Assembly (NCBI GenBank): GCA_963722075.1 | Contig: CAVRJM010000001.1 | Location: forward strand, 320,001 to 384,000 | Direction: 5' to 3' | Length of the DNA stretch: 64,000 nucleotides | DNA from: Candidatus Babeliales bacterium | GTDB taxonomy: Bacteria > Babelota > Babeliae > Babelales > JANWKD01 | Shown: piece after piece, positions 49,646-57,932 of the stretch | Position numbering within the stretch: position 1 is the stretch's first letter | Layout of the letters: every line of letters begins with the position of its first letter | Notes under the pieces: generated by a model | The model's database searches: none | Told to the model about the DNA's origin: nothing | Seen by the model: only the letters and a program-made list of their open reading frames with translations | Position numbers and translations under genes: made by a program

Positions 49646-50536
49646 ATGTACCATAAATCAGTGCTTGTTAATGAAGTTATTGAATACATAAAACCCCAAG
49701 CGCATGGGGTATATTTAGATGTTACGTTTGGAGGCGGTGGGCATACGCGGGCATTGTTAACCGCTGAGCCCACTTGCTCAGTAATAGCGCTTGATTGGGA
49801 TGCGCAGGCATTGGAAAAGAATGGCTATGCCCTTCAGGAAGAATTTCCCGGAAGGCTTACCTTGTTATGGGGCAATTTTGCGCAAGTAGATAAGAAATTA
49901 AAGAAGGAAGGTTTGGGCCCTGTCGATGGTGTGATTGCTGATTTTGGTACTTCACAATATCAACTGCTTGAACGGTCTGGCTTTTCATTTAATGTTGATA
50001 GTCCTCTTGATATGCGTATGTCGCCAGCTCATCAAAAAATAACAGCGCAAGAAGTGGTAAATAAGGCAACTGAAAAAAAGCTTTATGATATTTTTAAGGA
50101 GCTCGGGCAAGAACAATATGCTAGAAAAGCAGCACGGGCAATTGTAGAAGCACGCGCAAAATATTCGATAAAAACGACTCGTCAATTAGCCCATATTATT
50201 GAAGGCGTAATACCTCGTAAGAAAAAAAATATACATCCAGCTACCCAAATATTTCAAGGCTTACGTATTTATGTTAATAAGGAGCTAGAAAATATTCAGT
50301 CCTTTTTAAATGCAAGTTTACGTGTTTTAAAGCCGGGTGGAAGGCTTCTTTGTATTAGTTTTCATTCCTTAGAAGATCGCTTGGTTAAACAGTTCTTTAA
50401 AAACCATACTAATACACCGCCATTGGTGGAAATAGTAACTGATCACATAATTGTTGCCACCCAAGAAGAACTTAAAGAAAATCCTTCTGCTCGTTCAGCA
50501 AAATTGCGTGTTGCGCAATTAAAGGAAAATGTATGA
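49646..50536 (+). CDS. rsmH: 16S rRNA m4C1402 methyltransferase
   Basis: H.SVL, D.TFGGGGH, PLDMRM, FQGLRI.VN.EL, SFHSLEDR, ARSAKLR. Confidence 0.97.
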   Translation: MYHKSVLVNEVIEYIKPQAHGVYLDVTFGGGGHTRALLTAEPTCSVIALDWDAQALEKNGYALQEEFPGRLTLLWGNFAQVDKKLKKEGLGPVDGVIADFGTSQYQLLERSGFSFNVDSPLDMRMSPAHQKITAQEVVNKATEKKLYDIFKELGQEQYARKAARAIVEARAKYSIKTTRQLAHIIEGVIPRKKKNIHPATQIFQGLRIYVNKELENIQSFLNASLRVLKPGGRLLCISFHSLEDRLVKQFFKNHTNTPPLVEIVTDHIIVATQEELKENPSARSAKLRVAQLKENV

Positions 50537-50543
50537 AAATAGT

Positions 50544-50572
50544 TTGACAAATAAGGGGTGCATGGGTAAATT
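50544..50572 (+). promoter_or_regulatory. Putative sigma70 promoter of spoVG/tRNA-Gln
   Basis: TTGACA-N17-TAAATT. Confidence 0.5.
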
Positions 50573-50651
50573 AATGGTGTATTGTTTGATAGTTGTTATA
50601 TCAAGCCAATAAAATGAGATAGTAAAAAGATTATTTTTAAGGGCACAAGAA

Positions 50652-50942
50652 ATGAAAATAACAGAGGTAAAAGTATATCCAGCGAAGGAAAACGGTAGGC
50701 TTAAAGCTTACGCAACGATAATCTTTGATAATGATTTTATTGTGCGTGATCTGAAAGTAATTGAAGGGGAAAAAGGACTCTTTGTATCAATGCCTTCCCG
50801 TCGCCGCAAAGATGGCTCATTTAGAGACATTGTCCATCCGCTCAACGCTGATACTCGCAAGATGATTGAAGAATCTATTATTGGTGAGTATAATAAAGCG
50901 GTTAAAATGGGTTTTAGCACCTCCGCTGAATCTGAAGAATAA
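50652..50942 (+). CDS. spoVG: SpoVG family nucleic-acid-binding protein
   Basis: MKITEV, LKA.A.I.FD..F.V, GLFVSMPSR, FRDI.HP.N. Confidence 0.95.
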   Translation: MKITEVKVYPAKENGRLKAYATIIFDNDFIVRDLKVIEGEKGLFVSMPSRRRKDGSFRDIVHPLNADTRKMIEESIIGEYNKAVKMGFSTSAESEE

Positions 50943-50975
50943 AAAGTAGTAATATAAAGTTATTTGAATTATTGT

Positions 50976-51050
50976 TGGGGCGTCGCCAAGTGGTAAGGCA
51001 CCAGGTTTTGGTCCTGGCATTCGGAGGTTCGAATCCTTCCGCCCCAGCCA
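50976..51050 (+). tRNA. tRNA-Gln(TTG)
   Basis: TGGGGCG acceptor, TTTTGGT anticodon loop, GGTTCGAATCC, CCA. Confidence 0.97.
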
Positions 51051-51188
51051 TCCTTCGCTCTTACAGAGCTACGGCTGGGCAAGCCAGTTGTTTAAATGAA
51101 ATATACATAATAGAAAAGTGAAGAGCGAAGGCTGTCACGCCCTAGCTTATGCTTCAAAGTTATACCCGAGAAAAAAGCGACGGCGGAC
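51051..51188. repeat. Family-2 palindromic repeat cluster between tRNA-Gln and the GIY-YIG gene
   Basis: CCTTCGCTCTTACAGAGCTACGGCTGG ... AAGAGCGAAGG ... GCGACGGCGGAC. Confidence 0.7.
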
Positions 51189-51243
51189 TATAACTCGAAT
51201 TTCCTCTATTTTAAATAATAGTTATATTATCTGATTTCTTAAA

Positions 51244-51483
51244 ATGTATTATGTCTATATATTAAATTCAGTTATTGATAAAAATCGTATGTATGTCGGT
51301 TGTACAATTGATCTAGAAAATAGACTAAACGAACACAATGCTGGTGAATGTATACATACGAACAAGTACAAGCCATGGAAATTGTGGACTTACATATATT
51401 TTGAGAATAAAGAAAAGGCAATCGCTTTTGAACGTTACTTAAAATCTGGTTCTGGTAGATCTTTTTCAAAAAGGCATTTTTAA
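51244..51483 (+). CDS. Small stand-alone GIY-YIG nuclease
   Basis: YYVYIL.S, YVG.T.DL..RL.EHN, T..Y.PW.L, A..FERYLKSG.GR. Confidence 0.92.
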   Translation: MYYVYILNSVIDKNRMYVGCTIDLENRLNEHNAGECIHTNKYKPWKLWTYIYFENKEKAIAFERYLKSGSGRSFSKRHF

Positions 51484-51485
51484 CT

Positions 51486-52118
51486 ATGCAATCAAACATC
51501 TTGCTCCTTGCTTCAAAATCACTCCAACGCCGAACGGCACTAGAACAAGCATGCATCCCTTTTAGAATTATCGAACAAAATGCTGATGAAAGCATTTGTG
51601 ATTATACGCTTCCATTCGGATCCCTTCTAGAATCAATTGCTATTCATAAAATGAATCATATTGTTATGCATGCTAATCTTGAGCATCCTGTTCAATTTGT
51701 TTTGACCGTGGATACCATGGTGCAAGATGGTGCGGGGAAAATATATGGTAAACCCTCATCTAAAGAAGTGGCACGATCATATATTAAAGCATTGCGTGAT
51801 AATCCGGGCCAGGTAGGCACTGCCTTTTGTCTTGATAAAAAAGAGTATGGAGATAATAGGTGGCATACAGTTGATCGCATTACCAAATTTGTGAGCGCCG
51901 GTTATTCGCTCGACATTCCCAATCATTGGATCGATACCTATTTTGATCAAGTGCCCGAATATCTTTCTATTGCCGGTGGACTTACTATCGAAGAATATGG
52001 AGCTCAATTTTTAAAAACCATTGACGGCTCTTATGGATGCGCAATAGGGCTTCCGCTTTATGAATTACGAGAATCATTAGATTTAATGGGATTTTTTACA
52101 TTGAAAAATTCAATCTGA
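51486..52118 (+). CDS. maf: Maf family nucleoside triphosphate pyrophosphatase (copy 1)
   Basis: LLASKS..RR, DE, DT.V, GKP, G.Y...IGLP. Confidence 0.88.
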   Translation: MQSNILLLASKSLQRRTALEQACIPFRIIEQNADESICDYTLPFGSLLESIAIHKMNHIVMHANLEHPVQFVLTVDTMVQDGAGKIYGKPSSKEVARSYIKALRDNPGQVGTAFCLDKKEYGDNRWHTVDRITKFVSAGYSLDIPNHWIDTYFDQVPEYLSIAGGLTIEEYGAQFLKTIDGSYGCAIGLPLYELRESLDLMGFFTLKNSI

Positions 52119-52197
52119 AATTAAAGGACTTGCTTTATGTTACGATTTATGATAACATAGAAGGATAGTGTTATAGGGATTATAAAATAGGGATTTT

Positions 52198-52974
52198 ATG
52201 AAAAATAGTAGCGTTTTAATACTTGCGTTCTTATTATATGGCGTTATGCAGGCTATGGAAGCACCAAAAGGTAGCGCATGCCGCATGACTTCATTGGTAA
52301 AGATATCTGCATTGGAGAATATTATAGGCCGATTTTTAGGGCAAGTCTCACCTTCGCCTTCTTTAGAAGATCTATTCAAAGTTTTAGATATTAAATGCAA
52401 TTATAAAGATCATGATCCATTTGGCTTTGTAGCTACGAGTCAACCATCTTTATATATTCTATTAAATGTTCTTATCGATCAAAAAATAGCGGGGAAATTG
52501 CCACATGTTTCAATCGATACTATTAAAGAATTAAACAATGTTTTTAAAAAGAAAACTACTGAATCATTGCGCCATATTGATAATCAAATTGAACGGTTAA
52601 AAAAAGGGGAGGCATCCTTTAAAGAAGCGCAATCACAAGGATTAGTTATTTCTGAAGAAGCGCCTCACATTGATCCATTGAGCAGCGATACTTTACGGAT
52701 TATTGAGCGCGTTGTTAGAAGGGGAGCCCCTTTTAGATTCAGAGAGTTTCTTAAGGAATTTAAGGTAGATTGTAATAAGTTTTTACCCAATGATTTTGAA
52801 TTGCCTGCGGTTTATTTGTTGATGAAAAATTTATTGTTAGGTAAAACATCACGCTATACCTATAAGAAATTAAAGAGCATTTCTATTGATAAAGTTATAG
52901 AATTAAATAATTATCTCAAAGTAATTGCGGTATATTATCAGCATGAATTAGATGATAAAATAAAAAGTTTATGA
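52198..52974 (+). CDS. Secreted hypothetical protein with an internally duplicated domain
   Basis: Signal peptide then AME; two copies of CN...P..Y.L...SID...ELNN..K. Confidence 0.7.
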   Translation: MKNSSVLILAFLLYGVMQAMEAPKGSACRMTSLVKISALENIIGRFLGQVSPSPSLEDLFKVLDIKCNYKDHDPFGFVATSQPSLYILLNVLIDQKIAGKLPHVSIDTIKELNNVFKKKTTESLRHIDNQIERLKKGEASFKEAQSQGLVISEEAPHIDPLSSDTLRIIERVVRRGAPFRFREFLKEFKVDCNKFLPNDFELPAVYLLMKNLLLGKTSRYTYKKLKSISIDKVIELNNYLKVIAVYYQHELDDKIKSL

Positions 52975-52997
52975 TAATTGCCATTAAAGGTTTTGGA

Positions 52998-53741
52998 ATG
53001 CTTATACATATTATTTCGTTAATTTGTTCCTTTTTTATTATTACGCTTTTTCCTTCATGCAAAGAAATGGAAAAATCAAAAAAACCAGGAACCATAATAT
53101 TTTTACATGGGATTTCATCGGCAGGAAAAACGTCAGTTGCAAAAAAATTACAAGATGTGTTACCAGAGTATTATAATTATGCAGATTTAGATGCATTTAC
53201 CAGTATGACACCAAAACGGCTGGTAAATTTTGATCCAAATGCACAGCCATCTGTTGAAGCGGCTGAACAAGGCATTGTTATTGAACCGATCACGTATGAT
53301 GGTCAGCAGGTAATGGTGGTAAAAACAGGTTCCTATTCGCAAAAGGGCGGTATGTTATTACCTAAATTATATAAGTTGTATGTAGAAAATGGCTTTAATT
53401 TAATTATTGAATTTGCATTTTCAGGTATTGATCAACAGTTACAAGAAAACTATTTAAAAGAATATCTCAAAGAGTTGCATTCATTTCGTGTTTATTTTAT
53501 TAATCTAACGGTTTCTCCTGAGGTCGCTTCACAACGCGAATTACAGCGTGGCGGTTTTAAAGGATTATCAGCGGGACAACGTTTATTTATGCTCAAAGAA
53601 TTTACTGAACCACAAACCTTTGATTTAGAAATTGATACATCAAATCTTACGCCTGAGCAAATTGCACAACAAATTGATGCGTTTATGCAATCTCATCCAC
53701 AGCCAGAAGCATTTAATAAATTATATAAGAAATATTTTTAA
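52998..53741 (+). CDS. Chloramphenicol phosphotransferase-like P-loop kinase
   Basis: IIFLHG.SSAGKT, RE..RG, DLEIDTS..TPE..A; hydrophobic N-terminus. Confidence 0.8.
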   Translation: MLIHIISLICSFFIITLFPSCKEMEKSKKPGTIIFLHGISSAGKTSVAKKLQDVLPEYYNYADLDAFTSMTPKRLVNFDPNAQPSVEAAEQGIVIEPITYDGQQVMVVKTGSYSQKGGMLLPKLYKLYVENGFNLIIEFAFSGIDQQLQENYLKEYLKELHSFRVYFINLTVSPEVASQRELQRGGFKGLSAGQRLFMLKEFTEPQTFDLEIDTSNLTPEQIAQQIDAFMQSHPQPEAFNKLYKKYF

Positions 53742-53767
53742 TGAATAAAAGAAGAGGTTTTTTCTTT

Positions 53768-54314
53768 ATGAATAGCACTATTCAAGTAGTTTTATTTTTT
53801 AGTTTTATAACTTTTGGGGCTACTCAAATTGTATCGATGGAAAATAAACCAGTTTCTTCTAATACACATCCTATTAACTGGGCAATTAATTTGTCATAGG
53901 ATACGATCGAACATAGTTGGGGAACTTGGAATGATTTTTTTCGTGAACAAATTAATCCATTACTAAATCGTAACCTATTTGATAAAGCCATAAAAAACGG
54001 ATCGTACCAAACAATGTCAGCCTATGAATTTTTAGCATTAAATGTTGAAAATCAACGTCTTAATAAATATAAAAATGCAAAAAATGCGCAAGAAGCATAC
54101 CCCGAAAATGACCGTCCTCGTGGAAAAAAAGATATCGATAGCGTTAATTTTTTGAGAACACGTGCCTGTGTAAGTCCGATTGTGGTTTGCAATAGTAACT
54201 GATAAAGAAGGTCTAATACATTATATTAAACTTGATGATGTTCATCGGCTAATAGCGGCAGCAATAAAAAAATCTCCCATTAAAGTCTTTTTTATTGATT
54301 TAGAAATTAAATAG
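53768..54314 (+). pseudogene. Disrupted secreted protein with a ParB/Srx-like C-terminal motif
   Basis: Signal peptide ORF with in-frame TAG at 53897, continuing in frame through the 54014 ORF, then a frameshift near 54185 into ...IKLDDVHRLIAA...IK*. Confidence 0.65.
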
Positions 54315-54371
54315 TAACTATATTTCCAATTCCATAGCCAACAGCATTTGATCAGTTATATAAGAAATATA

Positions 54372-55628
54372 TCAGTATTCAAAATTATTTATTATAGCCC
54401 ATGTATCTATGGCTTCTAAAATAAGCTTGCTTTGTTCATCATCTTTATTAACTGCTATAGATATAACTTTTTTAATGATTTCCGGATTGAGTGTTTTAGG
54501 ATTTGCATATTGTAGAAGTAGCTTTACTATTGGTAAATTATCATGATGTGCAGCCAAGCTAAAGGCAGAACTATTCAATTTATCAATTACATTAACATTT
54601 GCGCCGTGTTTTAAAAATAATTGAACAAGTTTATATATAAGTGGTGAAGGTTTATTTCTACATAATGAAATAAGTGGTGTACTTCCTGATGAATCGATTC
54701 CATTAATATTTGCACCACGTTCTAATAAAAAAAAGATTAATTTTATATATTTTTTATTTAAATTATTTACTGAATCAACCATAATAACATTTAATAAAGG
54801 ACCGTTGATAGAATAAGTGGCAACGGGGTCCTGGATTGATTCGTTAGGGCTCAGGCCAAGTTTAATAATTTTTTTTAATTTTTTATAAGCATCGTTAGCA
54901 TCGTTATTCGCAGCTTGAGGGTGATTTTTTATATTGTAATTATAAGTAAAAAAAGGAAGTAGAAGCTTAGAAATATAAGGTTTAAAAATAGCTGCTGAGG
55001 GATTTGTGAATTTTAATAATATTGTAAATAATTTTGGTTTTATTGTATATATATATGCATGTAATAAATAAAGACCATATTCTTTATTATTTAAAACAAC
55101 TAATAATTTTTGTAACTCACCTGCATTATTTTGCTTAATGGAATTATCTACATTTTTTAAGGTTTTCGCCGTATTACCTAACATATAAATAAATAATGGA
55201 TTAACGTTTATTTCTACCCAATCTTCAACTGAGCCATAAAGAACTGGCTGATATTCCCTTAGATAATTTAATGCATTATCTGTAATGAAAATGCCGTTAG
55301 ATATAGAATCAAACCGACGAGCAATTTCAATTGATAAGTGATCTAAAAAGTCACTATCTTGTAATACTACATATAAATTTGTATTAGTCATTGAAAGTCT
55401 AGATAATTCTTTAATAAATTGAATTAATTGATCTTTGGAATTAATAGTTTTTGGCAATAAATTCAAGACTATTTTATAAATAAGTTCAAAGGGTAATGTT
55501 CCTAATGAAGGTTTTTCTGGAATAGGGGCAAGTTGTATAGTTTCGACCGATTCTTCGGGTTCTTCCATTGGGATAGAAAAAGTGAAGAAAGAAATAATAA
55601 AAATACCTAGAAACAGTTTATTTTTCAT
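54372..55628 (-). CDS. Secreted F-box-like plus ankyrin repeat protein
   Basis: Signal peptide, LGTLPFELIYKI F-box-like motif, LLERGANIN..D..G.TPL and LKHGANVN ankyrins. Confidence 0.8.
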   Translation of the reverse strand: MKNKLFLGIFIISFFTFSIPMEEPEESVETIQLAPIPEKPSLGTLPFELIYKIVLNLLPKTINSKDQLIQFIKELSRLSMTNTNLYVVLQDSDFLDHLSIEIARRFDSISNGIFITDNALNYLREYQPVLYGSVEDWVEINVNPLFIYMLGNTAKTLKNVDNSIKQNNAGELQKLLVVLNNKEYGLYLLHAYIYTIKPKLFTILLKFTNPSAAIFKPYISKLLLPFFTYNYNIKNHPQAANNDANDAYKKLKKIIKLGLSPNESIQDPVATYSINGPLLNVIMVDSVNNLNKKYIKLIFFLLERGANINGIDSSGSTPLISLCRNKPSPLIYKLVQLFLKHGANVNVIDKLNSSAFSLAAHHDNLPIVKLLLQYANPKTLNPEIIKKVISIAVNKDDEQSKLILEAIDTWAIINNFEY

Positions 55629-55759
55629 GGTTTCTCCATTTTAATCAAAAATCTGTATATTCTAATTGTAATAATTTATATAGAATAAGTCAATAAATTA
55701 TGTATTTAAATCGGGACAAAGCATTTAAAATATCGAATTCAAAAGAGTTTAATAAAATG

Positions 55760-55838
55760 CTGGATTGCTTCGACAAGCTCGCAACGACGTTTTTTGCTTT
55801 CGGCTATCGTCGTCCCGAGCGAAGCGTGGGGATCCAGG
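55760..55838. repeat. Family-1 heterodimer (divergent orientation)
   Basis: CTGGATTGCTTCGACAAGCTCGCAACGACG...CGTCGTCCCGAGCGAAGCGTGGGGATCCAGG. Confidence 0.88.
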
Positions 55839-55915
55839 CCAAATTAATATGATTTAATTTTTTTAGCTTAAATACTTATCATTTGATGCGTTTGTGCTGA
55901 TAGTAATGACCTCTA

Positions 55916-56842
55916 TTATAATTCTAATGCCATCTTGATAATGGCATGATCAGAAAAATGCTTAATATGTTTAATATCCTGATTAACATGTCTGAGTAAA
56001 TTATTGGGATTTTCAGGGGAATAAATCAGATTTTTTACCGTGAACTGCTTACTATAAAAAATAAAATCATTAAGATTAAATCCTTGTTGCGCGCCGGTTG
56101 AGGTTGGTACTAATGGAAGCATATCAGCATTGCTTTTCATTTCATGCACATAGTGCTGTAACTTATTATATTTTTTTTTATTTAACTTATCAGTGCCTTG
56201 CAATACGGAGTAATTAAAATCTCCGCATATAATCCATGGTAGATTTTTTGGCGCGCGATCAATTGTATCTTTAATAATAGAAAAATGATCTGCATGATCC
56301 TCATTGAGCATAAAAGGTATATGCGTATTGATAATGCCTATTGCTTTCTTTTTTTTAGTTTGCAAATGCGCAACCATCATTTTTTTATTAGGAGTAAACA
56401 CCATAAATTCGTAGGAAAGAATAGTAAATTTATGCTTATTAATGAGTGTGAGTACGCCGTCTTTTTGTGCAATGCTATCAATAATATAATAATAATCATT
56501 GGGTGAATATGCATCTAATAAGGTGTTATTAAACCTCTTATATTGTACTTCTCTATTATTATTAAAATAATCGTATTTAGTTTCCTTATGGCCATTTACC
56601 ATAACAACTTCTTGTTCAAATTGTTTACGTAATTCCCCTGGGTTATAGGGCCATTCTTGAAAACAAAGGATATCACACCCATTAAGGATATGGCCCGGTC
56701 GTAATGCTTGTTTAAAAAGAGAACATCTTTTTTTAATAGCAATGGGATACTGATCTACATATTGAATGTAATAAGGCTCATAAAGCACATTACAAGTGGC
56801 AGCGGTTATGGTTGAGGCTGATGATCGTTTCATATGGATCAT
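55916..56842 (-). CDS. Endonuclease/exonuclease/phosphatase (EEP) family protein
   Basis: TCNVL, DILCFQE, NTH, CGDFN, DFIFY, SDH. Confidence 0.88.
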   Translation of the reverse strand: MIHMKRSSASTITAATCNVLYEPYYIQYVDQYPIAIKKRCSLFKQALRPGHILNGCDILCFQEWPYNPGELRKQFEQEVVMVNGHKETKYDYFNNNREVQYKRFNNTLLDAYSPNDYYYIIDSIAQKDGVLTLINKHKFTILSYEFMVFTPNKKMMVAHLQTKKKKAIGIINTHIPFMLNEDHADHFSIIKDTIDRAPKNLPWIICGDFNYSVLQGTDKLNKKKYNKLQHYVHEMKSNADMLPLVPTSTGAQQGFNLNDFIFYSKQFTVKNLIYSPENPNNLLRHVNQDIKHIKHFSDHAIIKMALEL

Positions 56843-56906
56843 TTCTTAAATAATTGTTATTATTATATCATATAAAGATTTATAAAACTTTTTCTATATT
56901 TTTATT

Positions 56907-57524
56907 ATGAATAATATTCTTTTATTGGCATCTCAATCATATTCGCGTCGTCAATTACTCAGTCAAGCAGCTATCCCTTTTGTATTGTTAGAACAATCAG
57001 CTGATGAAAATGCCTGCGATTGGAATATGCCACTTACTCAGTTAGTTACTTCAATCGCTAAGCATAAAATGGAACAGGTTATTTTACCGCGTCACACAGA
57101 TAGTAAACCGATTTTTGTGTTGACGGCTGATACCTTAACGCAAGATCTATCAGGAACGATTTTGGGTAAACCAACATCGCGATCCCATGCACTTGAAATG
57201 CTACGCGCAGTGCGCGCAGGGGCTCGTATTGCTACGGCATTTTGCTTAGATAAAAAAATTTATCGCTTTGATACCTGGCAGACCCAAGAACGAATTATAA
57301 TGGTAGTAGAATCGAGTTGTATATTTAATGTGCCTGAGCAATGGCTTGAACAATATCTTTATCATGTACCCGCATTAAGTTGTTCTGCAGCCATGTATAT
57401 TGAAGGGTATGGGGCGCAATTTTTAAAATCCGTAACGGGTTCTTATAGTACCATTATTGGTTTACCTATATGTGAGGTGCGGCAAGCCTTAGAAAAAATG
57501 GGATTTTTTAGCGAGAGTATTTAA
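56907..57524 (+). CDS. maf: Maf family nucleoside triphosphate pyrophosphatase (copy 2)
   Basis: LLASQS..RR.LL, DE, ADT, LGKP, GSYSTIIGLP. Confidence 0.88.
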   Translation: MNNILLLASQSYSRRQLLSQAAIPFVLLEQSADENACDWNMPLTQLVTSIAKHKMEQVILPRHTDSKPIFVLTADTLTQDLSGTILGKPTSRSHALEMLRAVRAGARIATAFCLDKKIYRFDTWQTQERIIMVVESSCIFNVPEQWLEQYLYHVPALSCSAAMYIEGYGAQFLKSVTGSYSTIIGLPICEVRQALEKMGFFSESI

Positions 57525-57932
57525 TAGACTGCTTATGGATTGAGAGTTATAGCAAATTAATGTACAGCAAAATCCCAACGTTAAAAAAGCGCTATTATTA
57601 AATAAATGTTTTTTGGCTTGCAAAAATGGTTTAATTTTTGCTGCTTCATGTTGCTGCCTAAGTGATTCATTACCTTCTTCTATTAATTTATTTTCTTCTT
57701 TTATATCTGCTTGTTGTTGTTTACTTCCTTGTAATGGTTTTAAGCTTGAAAGTATGAGTGGCTTATTTTTATCAGCAGCCTCTTTATAAATTGTATACGA
57801 TATAATAGTTCTATAAAGTTGAATAGCCGTTAAGCCAGCGCACAACGTGGTGCCTATGGTAGAAAACGTCAACGGCACTTCAGAATACATGGTATTGTAA
57901 AATATGAACAGTATAATTAAGCACTTTTTCAT
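57489..57932 (-). CDS. Hypothetical membrane protein
   Basis: Signal peptide and two hydrophobic segments; start overlaps stop of the upstream EEP gene. Confidence 0.6.
   Translation of the reverse strand: MKKCLIILFIFYNTMYSEVPLTFSTIGTTLCAGLTAIQLYRTIISYTIYKEAADKNKPLILSSLKPLQGSKQQQADIKEENKLIEEGNESLRQQHEAAKIKPFLQAKKHLFNNSAFLTLGFCCTLICYNSQSISSLLNTLAKKSHFF

Noticed and set aside
53897..53899. In-frame TAG as recoding (pyrrolysine or alternative code)
   Set aside because: TAG terminates other genes normally and the same gene also has a frameshift, so decay is simpler.
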